DNA of 64,000 bases from Escherichia coli O157 typing phage 7. The notes beneath the pieces were generated by a model. The model did no database searches. It was not told the origin of the DNA and worked only from the letters and a program-made list of their open reading frames with translations. Positions 18,538 to 28,278 of this stretch are shown here, piece after piece. The first letter of the stretch is position 1, and every line of letters starts with the position of its first letter. The translations under genes were made by a program, and so were the position numbers. The stretch lies in the sequence record KP869105. The stretch is one strand, 5' to 3'.

Positions 18538-18564
18538 AATCATATAAACTGAAAGGAAAGCGCA

Positions 18565-19848
18565 ATGGCTAAAATCAACGAACTTCTGCGCGAATCAACC
18601 ACAACGAATAGCAACTCAATCGGTCGCCCAAATCTCGTTGCTTTGACTCGCGCTACCACTAAATTAATATATTCTGACATTGTAGCAACGCAAAGAACTA
18701 ATCAACCTGTTGCTGCTTTTTATGGTATCAAATACCTTAACCCAGACAATGAATTTACATTTAAAACTGGTGCTACTTACGCTGGCGAAGCTGGATATGT
18801 AGACCGAGAACAAATCACAGAATTAACAGAAGAGTCTAAATTAACTCTCAATAAAGGCGATTTATTCAAATATAATAATATCGTTTATAAAGTATTAGAA
18901 GATACACCATTTGCTGATATTGAAGAAAGTGATTTAGAATTAGCTCTTCAGATTGCAATTGTTCTTTTAAAGGTTCGTCTATTTTCTGACGCAGCGTCAA
19001 CAAGCAAATTTGAAAGCTCTGATAGTGAAATTGCGGATGCTAGATTCCAGATTAATAAATGGCAAACCGCAGTTAAATCTCGTAAACTTAAAACCGGTAT
19101 CACAGTTGAATTAGCACAAGATTTAGAAGCAAATGGATTCGATGCTCCTAATTTCTTGGAAGATTTGCTTGCAACTGAAATGGCAGATGAAATCAATAAA
19201 GATATTCTGCAGTCTTTGATTACAGTATCAAAACGTTATAAAGTTACAGGAATTACTGATACTGGATTCATTGATTTGAGTTATGCATCTGCACCTGAAG
19301 CTGGTCGTTCATTATACCGAATGGTATGTGAAATGGTTTCGCATATCCAAAAAGAATCAACTTATACAGCAACGTTTTGTGTTGCTTCAGCTCGTGCCGC
19401 TGCGATTCTTGCTGCATCTGGTTGGTTAAAACATAAACCAGAAGATGATAAATATCTTTCACAAAATGCCTACGGGTTCTTAGCTAATGGTTTACCGCTT
19501 TATTGCGATACTAACAGCCCATTAGATTATGTAATCGTTGGCGTAGTAGAAAATATCGGTGAAAAAGAAATTGTTGGATCAATTTTCTATGCTCCGTATA
19601 CAGAAGGTCTCGACTTAGATGACCCTGAACATGTAGGTGCATTTAAAGTTGTTGTTGATCCAGAAAGCTTACAACCGTCTATCGGTTTATTAGTTAGATA
19701 TGCTTTATCTGCAAATCCTTATACCGTAGCAAAAGATGAAAAAGAAGCAAGAGTAATTGATGGTGGAGACATGGATAAAATGGCGGGTCGTTCAGATTTG
19801 TCTGTTTTATTAGGTGTTAAATTACCAAAAATTATTATCGATGAATAA
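18565..19848 (+). CDS. 24: capsid vertex protein gp24
   Basis: 427 aa as in T4 gp24; late promoter box 18530-18537; paralog of gp23 by position. Confidence 0.95.
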   Translation: MAKINELLRESTTTNSNSIGRPNLVALTRATTKLIYSDIVATQRTNQPVAAFYGIKYLNPDNEFTFKTGATYAGEAGYVDREQITELTEESKLTLNKGDLFKYNNIVYKVLEDTPFADIEESDLELALQIAIVLLKVRLFSDAASTSKFESSDSEIADARFQINKWQTAVKSRKLKTGITVELAQDLEANGFDAPNFLEDLLATEMADEINKDILQSLITVSKRYKVTGITDTGFIDLSYASAPEAGRSLYRMVCEMVSHIQKESTYTATFCVASARAAAILAASGWLKHKPEDDKYLSQNAYGFLANGLPLYCDTNSPLDYVIVGVVENIGEKEIVGSIFYAPYTEGLDLDDPEHVGAFKVVVDPESLQPSIGLLVRYALSANPYTVAKDEKEARVIDGGDMDKMAGRSDLSVLLGVKLPKIIIDE

Positions 19849-19854
19849 AACAAA

Positions 19855-19877
19855 GGGACCTTTCGGTCCCTTTTTAT
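19855..19877. terminator. bidirectional hairpin terminator between gene 24 and rnlB
   Basis: GGGACC-TTTC-GGTCCC with T-rich runs on both strands. Confidence 0.65.
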
Positions 19878-20882
19878 TTAGCTCACCAACTCAATCCAAG
19901 CTGGACGAAGTACATCTTGCACCATTTTAACTAATTCCTTTTTAATCAAAGAAGGATTATCTGCTTGAGTTAGAGTAATACCTTCACGAGAAGTTTCTTC
20001 CAAAATATCTTGGACAGTTAGCCCCATCACCTTTCCAAAATCCTTTGGACCAATTTCGCCAATTTTAGAAATAACGTTATTTACTCGGTTCAGTGTAACG
20101 TAACAAGCTAAAATTCCCACCAATTTGTTATCAGCTTCTGACAATTCAACTTTAGCTTTAATAGGCTTATCAGACTTTTTCTTTTCACTAAATTTAGAAT
20201 TCTTGCATTTGATGGCTACACGATTGCGATTAGGCAGCCAAGAAGGATAACAAGGTTTCAATACATATCCTTCAGCGGTAAATACTTCGCCTTTGGCTTC
20301 GGCATTCCAAACGCATTTATTTGCATCAACTAATCCAGCATGGTCTACTGTAAAATTATAATCTTGGACGACAGAATCTAAATCATTTGGCAATTTAATA
20401 AGCTCTTCAAATTTACCGCGACCTAAAAGTGGAGCCATTTTAAATTTAAATGTATTGCAGAATGATTCCATCATATAATCATCGACATAAGTCATGTCAC
20501 CACTTTCTGTAGTGACAATAATGTCAAATACATAGAAATCTTTATCACCATAATCAACATTCTTCTGAATGCCAGGTCCAGCGAATTCGCCAAAAACTTG
20601 ATAAGATACAACCGCTGAAGTTTCCATAATATCTTGTACTGCTTTAATGGAATCAGCGTAATTCTTTAGAATAATTTCATACCCAAAGAAATCTTCAGCA
20701 GGAAGAATCGGTCCAGTACGTTTAGCGCAAGTTACTTTATCACGCTCAATAATCAATGAGAAATTTGTGCCGTGAATCTTTTCACGAGCTACCCATTCGC
20801 CGCCAGTCAATCCCAAGCTATAAAGTTTTTCAATAAATTTAGAGTTGTAATGATTTTCAAGACTGCTATACTTTTTAAACAT
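19878..20882 (-). CDS. rnlB: RNA ligase 2
   Basis: 334 aa as in T4 Rnl2; nucleotidyltransferase lysine motif EKIHGTNFS; convergent with gp24 across a shared hairpin. Confidence 0.9.
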   Translation of the reverse strand: MFKKYSSLENHYNSKFIEKLYSLGLTGGEWVAREKIHGTNFSLIIERDKVTCAKRTGPILPAEDFFGYEIILKNYADSIKAVQDIMETSAVVSYQVFGEFAGPGIQKNVDYGDKDFYVFDIIVTTESGDMTYVDDYMMESFCNTFKFKMAPLLGRGKFEELIKLPNDLDSVVQDYNFTVDHAGLVDANKCVWNAEAKGEVFTAEGYVLKPCYPSWLPNRNRVAIKCKNSKFSEKKKSDKPIKAKVELSEADNKLVGILACYVTLNRVNNVISKIGEIGPKDFGKVMGLTVQDILEETSREGITLTQADNPSLIKKELVKMVQDVLRPAWIELVS

Positions 20883-20891
20883 AATTAATCC

Positions 20892-21170
20892 TCAAAATGT
20901 AATTTCTAACCAATCACCATCACGCTGATCACTATTGACTTTAAAATTAAATCCTTCTTTTCTCAGCCAATCACCAATTTCTTCAGTAATCAATTTATCA
21001 CGAGCAGTACAATAATAACTAAAATATGTTTTACCTTGTTCAGCTGCTTTATTAGCAAGTTCTGAAAAATCTTTAATAAAACACTCTAGCTTAAACTGTT
21101 TACTTTTTAATGCTTTTTCACGTAATTGATTAGCAAAAGATTCATTTTCATAAAGATCATACTGTTCCAT
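20892..21170 (-). CDS. hypothetical protein (position of T4 24.2)
   Basis: 92 aa ORF with AAGGTGA Shine-Dalgarno; between rnlB and hoc. Confidence 0.6.
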   Translation of the reverse strand: MEQYDLYENESFANQLREKALKSKQFKLECFIKDFSELANKAAEQGKTYFSYYCTARDKLITEEIGDWLRKEGFNFKVNSDQRDGDWLEITF

Positions 21171-21372
21171 TTTTCACCTTTTTATTAATGTGTCTTTTTC
21201 TATAGACAACTTTTTCTCGAGTCTCAAATTTATTCTTTGCAGTCATAGCTCGAGCCCATAATACAGCCACTTCTTTCGCCTGTAAGTTTAATTCACGAGC
21301 AATTTCAATGAATGACTTTCCAGACTCATGAAGTGTAAACACCACAACTTCAGTTCTCATAATCAATCTCAT
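21157..21372 (-). CDS. hypothetical protein (position of T4 24.3)
   Basis: 71 aa ORF overlapping the previous one; start uncertain (alternative ATG 12 nt downstream). Confidence 0.5.
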   Translation of the reverse strand: MRLIMRTEVVVFTLHESGKSFIEIARELNLQAKEVAVLWARAMTAKNKFETREKVVYRKRHINKKVKNGTV

Positions 21373-21426
21373 GTTATCGAGTTGGTGCCATTATATACAT
21401 CATTTTCTGATTGTGTTTTGTGTGCT

Positions 21427-21456
21427 TTCAAAATGAAGAAAGGGGCCGAAGCCCCT
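21427..21456 (-). terminator. intrinsic terminator after hoc
   Basis: AGGGGC-CGAA-GCCCCT hairpin with a T-rich run on the minus strand. Confidence 0.5.
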
Positions 21457-21461
21457 TTCGA

Positions 21462-22886
21462 TTATGGATAAGTATAGATGATACCAGTTTCTAAAGCAGT
21501 TTTATGGATGATGTATCCATTACGTGATTCTTGAACATCAACTTCTGAATAATCTTTCATCATCTTCTGAAGCGTATAACGATGCAAGTAGTACTTACTA
21601 TCTGGATCTTCAGTTTTCCAATCTTTACCTTCTTCAGTCATTTTTTGGATTTCATCCATAACCCACCAACCGCACCAGATATAAGCTGAAGTACGATGTG
21701 GAAGAGGATGAACATAAGGCAATTCACCTTCTGGTTCCGGAGCAACTTTATCAGTTACCTGAACTTGACCTGTTGTTTTAACTGTTTTACTATCATAGTC
21801 GGTTGCTGTAACGACAGCAGTAACTTCAATAGTTTGACTTCCAATAGATGAGGTGTCAACGGTGTATACGTTAGTTGACCCTTCTACAGGAGAAGAATCT
21901 TTCTTCCATGAATAAGTAATTTGTGCTGCTTCAGGTGCTCCAGTAACATTAGCCGTAAATGTAGCCGAAGCATCTTGCTGAACGTTAATAGAAGGAGGAG
22001 TCAATGTAACCTGTGGATTCATTGTCTTCTTATTAACTGTCAATGATACTTCATTAGAAGTAACTTCCTTTTCATTGTAATTTTCTGCAGTTACTTGCGC
22101 TACACATTTAATTCTTTTTACTCCACTTGTAGTTGGAGTATAGTTAAATGTAGAGTTAGTTTCTCCACCAATTTGAGAATCATCTACATACCACTTATAT
22201 GTAGCAGACGCTCCATCAGGTTGAGAAGCTAAGGCAGCAGTAAATTGAACTGGAGTTCCAATTACTCCAGCTGAAGGACTATTAGGAGTTACAACTAAAG
22301 TAGTCGCTTGGGTTTTCTTGTTAACAGTCAGCGACACTTCGTCAGAAGTAACGGTCTTTGTATCATAATCTGTCGCAGTTACTTGAGCTACACACTTAAT
22401 TTTTTTAACTCCGCTTGTGGCAGGAGTATAGTTAAATGTAGCGTCAGTTGCTTCTCCCACAGGAGAACCGTCGACGTGCCATTGATACGTAGCAGATGCA
22501 CCTGGCGGCTGTGAATCTAAGGCAGCGGTAAATTGAACAGCTGTTCCGATTACTCCTTCCGAAGGACTATCAGGAGTTACTGTTATTGTAGTAGTCTGTG
22601 TCTTATTTTGAACTGTGATAGTTGTCGTAGCTTCTGCTGTTTCAGGTTCAGATTCAGATTCTGGAACTGTATTTGTTGCAACGACTTTAATAGTCTTTTG
22701 ACCGGCAGGTCCTTTTAGTACATAACTAAAAGTTGCTTCAGCTCCATCCTGTGGAACATTATCTACACTCCAAGCATAGGTAATAGTTCCACCTTCAGTT
22801 TGACCACTGGGTGCAGCAGTAAACTGCTTGGTTTCATCAATAACTCCTGTTGGGGTTTTAGGAGTTATATCAACTGTAAAAGTCAT
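21462..22886 (-). CDS. hoc: head outer capsid protein Hoc, four Ig-like domains
   Basis: 474 aa; N-terminus MTFTVDITPKTPTGVIDETKQFTA and capsid-binding C-terminus ...YIWCGWWVMDEIQKMTEEGKDWK as recalled for T4 Hoc; internal duplicated Ig module. Confidence 0.9.
   Translation of the reverse strand: MTFTVDITPKTPTGVIDETKQFTAAPSGQTEGGTITYAWSVDNVPQDGAEATFSYVLKGPAGQKTIKVVATNTVPESESEPETAEATTTITVQNKTQTTTITVTPDSPSEGVIGTAVQFTAALDSQPPGASATYQWHVDGSPVGEATDATFNYTPATSGVKKIKCVAQVTATDYDTKTVTSDEVSLTVNKKTQATTLVVTPNSPSAGVIGTPVQFTAALASQPDGASATYKWYVDDSQIGGETNSTFNYTPTTSGVKRIKCVAQVTAENYNEKEVTSNEVSLTVNKKTMNPQVTLTPPSINVQQDASATFTANVTGAPEAAQITYSWKKDSSPVEGSTNVYTVDTSSIGSQTIEVTAVVTATDYDSKTVKTTGQVQVTDKVAPEPEGELPYVHPLPHRTSAYIWCGWWVMDEIQKMTEEGKDWKTEDPDSKYYLHRYTLQKMMKDYSEVDVQESRNGYIIHKTALETGIIYTYP
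22026..22595 (-). repeat. tandem direct repeat of about 285 bp inside hoc (duplicated Ig-like domain)
   Basis: Protein modules TVTPDSPSEGVIGTAVQFTAAL...KIKCVAQVTATDYD...SLTVNKKT and TPNSPSAGVIGTPVQFTAAL...RIKCVAQVTAENYN...SLTVNKKT are in tandem; DNA units visibly alignable. Confidence 0.7.
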
Positions 22887-22895
22887 AAGTTATCC

Positions 22896-23576
22896 TTATT
22901 TTAATGTTACGAAAGAAGAATTGCGTGTTTCACGAATTAGAACTGATCCGTCACGATTAATGTAGTAAATTAAGCTAAACAAAGTTTGATGCGCAGACGC
23001 ATGTTCAAAACTGGTTGGGCGAGATTTCCAATCTGGAGTTTCAGCAATCCATTGGTAAATCCACCAAGGAACAGTGCAGAATCCTGGATTTTTTCCAATC
23101 AGCTGAAGATTCGGGCTAAAGTTTTCCGGAAGAGTAAATACAGACGGCTTTTCAGATTCAATAATCTTATCTACAGCTTGTTCAAACTTTTCTTCAACAA
23201 AAGGAGTGTCTTCAATCAAAACATCAGTATTTTCAGGAATTTTATCCGTTTCTACCACTTCAATTTTAATATCAGATTTAACTGGAGAATCAATCAGAAG
23301 TGCTGCTTCTGGATTAACTTCTTCATCGTCATATTTTAATCCCTCTGCAGCATCAGCAGCATCAATTAAGTCTTTAATAGATAACCCATCAGTCTCTGGC
23401 ATAGGTTCACTAGCGAGCTTCTGGAGGGCTTCTTCAATATCAACAACGATATTATCAAAAGATTTATTCTTTTTGACCTTTATACCAAATTGCTCAGCAT
23501 ATTCAGCTAATTTAGCTTTAGCTTCTTTATTATCATCAAGAGCCTTTAACTCTGCAATATAATCTTTATCTATCAT
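22896..23576 (-). CDS. inh: inhibitor of prohead protease gp21
   Basis: 226 aa as in T4 Inh; immediately downstream of hoc on the same strand. Confidence 0.75.
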   Translation of the reverse strand: MIDKDYIAELKALDDNKEAKAKLAEYAEQFGIKVKKNKSFDNIVVDIEEALQKLASEPMPETDGLSIKDLIDAADAAEGLKYDDEEVNPEAALLIDSPVKSDIKIEVVETDKIPENTDVLIEDTPFVEEKFEQAVDKIIESEKPSVFTLPENFSPNLQLIGKNPGFCTVPWWIYQWIAETPDWKSRPTSFEHASAHQTLFSLIYYINRDGSVLIRETRNSSFVTLK

Positions 23577-23589
23577 AATATTTCCTCAG

Positions 23590-23597
23590 TATAAATA
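23590..23597 (+). promoter_or_regulatory. T4 late promoter box (uvsW)
   Basis: Exact TATAAATA 30 nt upstream of the uvsW ATG. Confidence 0.6.
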
Positions 23598-23626
23598 TAG
23601 ATATATTTATTACATGGTATTTAGAC

Positions 23627-25138
23627 ATGACTGACATTAAAGTACATTTTTATGATTTTAGTCACGTGAGAATTGATTGTGAAGAAAGTACATTTCATGA
23701 ACTCCGTGATTTCTTTAGCTTCGAAGCTGATGGGTATCGTTTTAATCCGAAATACAAATATGGCCACTGGGATGGACGAATCCGTCTTTTAGATTATAAT
23801 CGTCTTCTTCCATTCGGCTTAGTCGGGCAAATTAAAAAGTTCTGTGATAACTTTGGCTATAAAGCCTGGATTGACCCACAAATTAACGAAAAAGAAGAAT
23901 TATCAAGAAAAGATTTTGATGAATGGCTTTCTAAATTAGAAATCTATTCAGGAAATAAAAGAATTGAACCACACTGGTATCAAAAAGATGCAGTGTTCGA
24001 AGGATTAGTTAATCGTCGTAGAATTCTTAATCTTCCAACATCCGCTGGTAAATCTTTAATTCAGGCTCTGCTCGCTCGGTATTATTTGGAAAATTACGAA
24101 GGTAAAATTCTTATCATTGTTCCAACAACTGCTCTAACAACTCAGATGGCTGATGACTTCGTTGACTATCGTTTATTCAGTCATGCAATGATAAAGAAAA
24201 TTGGTGGCGGAGCATCAAAAGATGATAAATATAAAAATGATGCACCAGTCGTTGTTGGTACATGGCAAACTGTAGTTAAACAACCAAAAGAATGGTTCTC
24301 ACAGTTTGGAATGATGATGAATGATGAATGTCATCTTGCTACAGGAAAAAGTATTTCATCTATCATATCAGGTTTAAATAACTGCATGTTCAAATTTGGT
24401 CTATCTGGTTCATTACGTGATGGCAAAGCCAATATCATGCAGTATGTTGGAATGTTTGGTGAAATATTTAAGCCAGTAACGACTTCTAAGTTAATGGAAG
24501 ATGGACAAGTAACTGAGCTAAAAATTAATAGTATTTTTCTTCGCTATCCCGATGAGTTCACTACTAAATTAAAGGGAAAAACTTATCAAGAAGAAATAAA
24601 AATTATTACGGGGCTTAGTAAAAGAAATAAATGGATCGCTAAATTAGCTATTAAGCTTGCGCAAAAAGATGAAAACGCTTTTGTCATGTTTAAACATGTA
24701 TCACATGGTAAAGCTATTTTCGATTTAATTAAAAATGAATACGATAAAGTTTATTACGTATCAGGGGAAGTTGATACCGAAACCCGCAATATAATGAAAA
24801 CCTTAGCTGAAAATGGTAAAGGAATAATTATAGTAGCTAGTTATGGTGTATTTTCTACTGGTATTTCAGTTAAAAATCTGCATCACGTTGTTTTAGCGCA
24901 CGGTGTTAAATCAAAAATCATTGTATTACAAACAATCGGTCGTGTATTACGTAAGCATGGTTCTAAGACAATAGCAACAGTCTGGGACCTCATAGATGAT
25001 TGTGGTGTTAAGCCAAAATCTGCTAATACGAAAAAGAAATATGTTCATTTGAACTATCTTTTAAAACACGGCATTGATCGTATTCAGCGCTACGCAGATG
25101 AAAAATTTAATTACGTAATGAAAACAGTTAATTTATAA
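23627..25138 (+). CDS. uvsW: UvsW RNA-DNA and DNA-DNA helicase
   Basis: 503 aa; SF2 helicase motifs (Walker A-like PTSAGKS, DECH box); late promoter box 23590-23597. Confidence 0.9.
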   Translation: MTDIKVHFYDFSHVRIDCEESTFHELRDFFSFEADGYRFNPKYKYGHWDGRIRLLDYNRLLPFGLVGQIKKFCDNFGYKAWIDPQINEKEELSRKDFDEWLSKLEIYSGNKRIEPHWYQKDAVFEGLVNRRRILNLPTSAGKSLIQALLARYYLENYEGKILIIVPTTALTTQMADDFVDYRLFSHAMIKKIGGGASKDDKYKNDAPVVVGTWQTVVKQPKEWFSQFGMMMNDECHLATGKSISSIISGLNNCMFKFGLSGSLRDGKANIMQYVGMFGEIFKPVTTSKLMEDGQVTELKINSIFLRYPDEFTTKLKGKTYQEEIKIITGLSKRNKWIAKLAIKLAQKDENAFVMFKHVSHGKAIFDLIKNEYDKVYYVSGEVDTETRNIMKTLAENGKGIIIVASYGVFSTGISVKNLHHVVLAHGVKSKIIVLQTIGRVLRKHGSKTIATVWDLIDDCGVKPKSANTKKKYVHLNYLLKHGIDRIQRYADEKFNYVMKTVNL

Positions 25139-25163
25139 GGGCTTCGGCCCTTTGGAGAAAAAG

Positions 25164-25397
25164 ATGTTACTAGAATTTAAACAATTTCTTTATGAAGCTT
25201 CTATTGATGAATTTATGGGTAAAATTGCCTCTTGCCAAACGATAGAAGGTTTAGAAGAACTTGAAGCTTATTATAAGAAAAGAGTTAAAGAAACTGAATT
25301 AAAAGATACTGATGACATCTCTGTGAGAGATGCTTTGGCAGGAAAAAGAGCTGAATTAGAAGATTCAGACGATGATGAAGTAGAAGAAAGCTTTTAA
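25164..25397 (+). CDS. uvsW.1: UvsW.1 small protein
   Basis: Track ORF starts at TTG 25152; ATG at 25164 with GGAG 8 nt upstream gives 77 aa; directly after uvsW. Confidence 0.6.
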   Translation: MLLEFKQFLYEASIDEFMGKIASCQTIEGLEELEAYYKKRVKETELKDTDDISVRDALAGKRAELEDSDDDEVEESF

Positions 25398-25452
25398 ATT
25401 AAAAAAGGCCCAACCAAAAAGGAAGGGCCAAAACTATAGACTAAAGGTCACA

Positions 25453-25620
25453 CTATAGCAAAAGTTGTGTTTCATTTAATTGTTCTTCCGAACTTTCTGA
25501 AACTGGTAGTTCTTTAATGTAATTATAGCAAGGCCCAGGATGTACAGGACCTTTGTCTGTTTCAACAACCAATGCAGAATCGATTGGAGTTTTACAGACA
25601 ACACAAATCTTATCTGACAT
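25453..25620 (-). CDS. small Cys-containing protein (position of T4 uvsY.-2)
   Basis: 55 aa ORF not in the track (under 60 aa): MSDKICVVCKTPIDSALVVETDKGPVHPGPCYNYIKELPV...; late promoter box upstream at 25646-25653. Confidence 0.55.
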   Translation of the reverse strand: MSDKICVVCKTPIDSALVVETDKGPVHPGPCYNYIKELPVSESSEEQLNETQLLL

Positions 25621-25645
25621 GATTGTCTCCTCTGAATTATATATC

Positions 25646-25653
25646 TATTTATA
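25646..25653 (-). promoter_or_regulatory. T4 late promoter box on minus strand (small ORF below uvsY)
   Basis: Plus-strand TATTTATA, i.e. TATAAATA on the minus strand, about 25 nt upstream of the 55-aa ORF. Confidence 0.5.
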
Positions 25654-25743
25654 ACCCCATCTTAAAGCGCATTTCTTGTACAAGCTTTAAACATGCTTCC
25701 ATTTCTGCTAAAAGTCTAAATACTTCTTTATAATTTGTCATAT

Positions 25744-25971
25744 TTACCCCATATCTCTCATATGCATATCAATGCCCATATCTTTAGAATAAAAATATTC
25801 ATCAAGATATCCGGCAAATTTTCCTTTAATATAAAGGACATCTTCACCACACGGGTGGTCGGCCAGGATACGAATATCCTGACGCTTAAGATTATGCTTT
25901 TTCATTAAGAATTGAATTTCCGTTTCAAATTCTTCTTCATAATTAAAAGCGTCATCAATGTTATATCTCAT
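25744..25971 (-). CDS. hypothetical protein (position of T4 uvsY.-1)
   Basis: 75 aa; start overlaps uvsY stop (ATGA-type coupling). Confidence 0.6.
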   Translation of the reverse strand: MRYNIDDAFNYEEEFETEIQFLMKKHNLKRQDIRILADHPCGEDVLYIKGKFAGYLDEYFYSKDMGIDMHMRDMG

Positions 25972-26384
25972 TATTTTCCAGCCTCAAATGCCCGCATGTC
26001 TTGAATATGCTTAATAGCAAATCCTCGTGATTTGATAGCATCAAGAGCTCCGCTACAGAAATCTAATAAAATTCCCCAATATTGTAATGAAGTATCAACC
26101 TTTAAAACATCCTTATCAGCTGATAGAACTGTTTTCATTTCTGATTTCTCGTAACGATCCATACTAAATTCATCACCATCTCCTCGTCCCGAGTAGTAGT
26201 CTAATTTAGCTTTAAGAGCAACTTTTTTCTGTGCTTCAATTCTAAGCATTTCCTTTTTAATACTTGAATGCTTATTAAGCCATTTACTATATAACATCAC
26301 ATTATTAGCTGCTTCATACTGTAATTTAGTCGAATCTATAAACACATCTTTCTTCAATTCTTCTTGAAGATCTTCTAATCTCAT
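25971..26384 (-). CDS. uvsY: UvsY recombination mediator
   Basis: 137 aa as in T4 UvsY; MotA-type middle promoter immediately upstream. Confidence 0.9.
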   Translation of the reverse strand: MRLEDLQEELKKDVFIDSTKLQYEAANNVMLYSKWLNKHSSIKKEMLRIEAQKKVALKAKLDYYSGRGDGDEFSMDRYEKSEMKTVLSADKDVLKVDTSLQYWGILLDFCSGALDAIKSRGFAIKHIQDMRAFEAGK

Positions 26385-26424
26385 ATTGTTCTCTATTCAA
26401 TTGTTATTGGATGGACTTAGATTC

Positions 26425-26450
26425 ATTATACCACGTTTATACGTGAAGCA
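26425..26450 (-). promoter_or_regulatory. MotA-dependent middle promoter for uvsY
   Basis: Minus strand reads TGCTTCA (Mot box), 13 nt, TATAAT, ending about 40 nt upstream of the uvsY ATG. Confidence 0.6.
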
Positions 26451-26849
26451 TTATACTCTATTACTGGAAGCCAGTTGTAGTTTTATCTGCTCAATATCAT
26501 CAGGGTTATCGATGACTGAAAAGCGTATTTCTACTATCAAAGTATAATCATCATAAACCGGTATTACATTAACTGCTAATTTATCAATACGTGGCTCATA
26601 GTTTCTTACTGCGCTTTCGATATTACGCTCAACCGTGTCAGCAGTAAGAGGAGTCATATTCTCAAAAAGTTGGTCAGATAAATCGCATCCAAATTCAGGG
26701 TCAAACGGTCTTGAACCTTTTCTTGTTGTAATAATTCCTAAAAGACTATTTTTAATTGACCTTAATCCAAGTGATCTTGAAACGTCTTTGTTCCAATCCA
26801 TTTTCATCTCTGGGTCAATATCAGAATAAAGCTTATTAATATTTGCCAT
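26451..26849 (-). CDS. 25: baseplate wedge protein gp25
   Basis: 132 aa as in T4 gp25; coupled to gp26. Confidence 0.9.
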   Translation of the reverse strand: MANINKLYSDIDPEMKMDWNKDVSRSLGLRSIKNSLLGIITTRKGSRPFDPEFGCDLSDQLFENMTPLTADTVERNIESAVRNYEPRIDKLAVNVIPVYDDYTLIVEIRFSVIDNPDDIEQIKLQLASSNRV

Positions 26850-27475
26850 TACAATAGCTCAAAGAATTCTTTGAGTCCTCTTATTACATGAGCGTGGGTT
26901 TTTCCACACTCTGGGCACTTAATTGGAACAGCCAAATAAACAGTAGGCTTTAAAAGCATATCTTTTATAGCTACAATATCTGACTCTGTGATGATAGAAT
27001 ATAAATCTTCCAATTCTTTTTCATTTAAGTCTTCAACTGGAATGCTTTCACCGTTAGCATGAATCGTTTCTATACATGATACTATCATGTGGGCTATATT
27101 TTTATCATCAAAAATTTTAGGGTAATGGAATTTAATTTTAATGTCACCCAGTGTATACCAGAGGTCTTCTGGTGCATCTATTTGTGTATGTAATAGATTT
27201 ATATGGGTTGGTATTTCAGTTCCACAGGTGCACTTCCAGGAGTTTTCGTGATTAACTTCTCCAAGAGAATGCGCCCATAAATGAATCAGTAATAGTTCTG
27301 ATTCTTGGCGGTTTAAATCTTTTGCATTTGTGCAGTCTTTGATTAGCTTTTTAACAATTACTTCTACGGAACCATTATTTTTGGCAGTAATAAGTTCTAG
27401 ATATTCTTTAAGAGTAAATGCGCGACAGTTGATTATTTTAGAACCAACTCTCACGTCAAATTTGTATTCATACAT
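26849..27475 (-). CDS. 26: baseplate hub protein gp26
   Basis: 208 aa as in T4 gp26; divergent from gene 51 with overlapping late promoter boxes. Confidence 0.85.
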   Translation of the reverse strand: MYEYKFDVRVGSKIINCRAFTLKEYLELITAKNNGSVEVIVKKLIKDCTNAKDLNRQESELLLIHLWAHSLGEVNHENSWKCTCGTEIPTHINLLHTQIDAPEDLWYTLGDIKIKFHYPKIFDDKNIAHMIVSCIETIHANGESIPVEDLNEKELEDLYSIITESDIVAIKDMLLKPTVYLAVPIKCPECGKTHAHVIRGLKEFFELL

Positions 27476-27496
27476 ATTTAGCTCCTTTATTTATCA

Positions 27497-27504
27497 TATT
27501 TATA
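27497..27504 (-). promoter_or_regulatory. T4 late promoter box on minus strand (gene 26)
   Basis: Plus-strand TATTTATA; overlaps the plus-strand box for gene 51. Confidence 0.6.
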
Positions 27505-27508
27505 AATA
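27501..27508 (+). promoter_or_regulatory. T4 late promoter box (gene 51)
   Basis: Exact TATAAATA 18 nt upstream of the gene 51 ATG. Confidence 0.6.
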
Positions 27509-27525
27509 GAATAAAAGGAGCATCT

Positions 27526-28278
27526 ATGGCAAACATTATTCGTTGTAAATTACCTGATGGTGTTCATCGTTTTAAACCATTTACGGTAGAAGATTATCGA
27601 GATTTTTTGTTAGTTCGAAACGATATAGAACATCGGTCACCACAAGAACAAAAAGAAGTAATTGCTGATTTAATTGCTGATTATTTTGGAGACTATCCAA
27701 AGACTTGGCAACCATTTATATTTTTGCAGGTATTTGTAGGGTCAATAGGTAAAACTAAAGTACCAGTCACATTTGTATGTCCAAAATGTAAAAAAGAAAA
27801 GACAGTTCCATTTGAAATATATCAAAAAGAATTAAAGGAACCTATTTTTGATGTAGCTAATGTTAAAATTAAATTAAATTTTCCTTCTGAGTTTTATGAA
27901 AATAAAGCAAAGATGATTACTGAAAATATTCATTCTGTTCAAGTCGATGAAATGTGGTATGATTGGAAGGAAATTAGTGAATCAAGTCAAATAGAACTTG
28001 TTGACGCCATCGAGATAGAAACATTAGAAAAAATTCTCGATGCAATGAATCCTATTAATTTAACATTGCACATGTCGTGTTGTGATAAGTACATTAAAAA
28101 ATACACTGATATAGTAGATGTGTTTAAGCTATTAGTTAATCCAGATGAGATATTTACTTTTTATCAAATTAATCACACGCTTGTAAAAAGTAATTATAGC
28201 TTAAATTCAATAATGAAAATGATTCCTGCCGAGCGCGGATTCGTATTAAAACTGATTGAGAAGGATAAACATCAATGA
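27526..28278 (+). CDS. 51: baseplate hub assembly catalyst gp51
   Basis: 250 aa (T4 about 249); CxxC...CxxC cysteine pairs; late promoter box 27501-27508. Confidence 0.85.
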   Translation: MANIIRCKLPDGVHRFKPFTVEDYRDFLLVRNDIEHRSPQEQKEVIADLIADYFGDYPKTWQPFIFLQVFVGSIGKTKVPVTFVCPKCKKEKTVPFEIYQKELKEPIFDVANVKIKLNFPSEFYENKAKMITENIHSVQVDEMWYDWKEISESSQIELVDAIEIETLEKILDAMNPINLTLHMSCCDKYIKKYTDIVDVFKLLVNPDEIFTFYQINHTLVKSNYSLNSIMKMIPAERGFVLKLIEKDKHQ

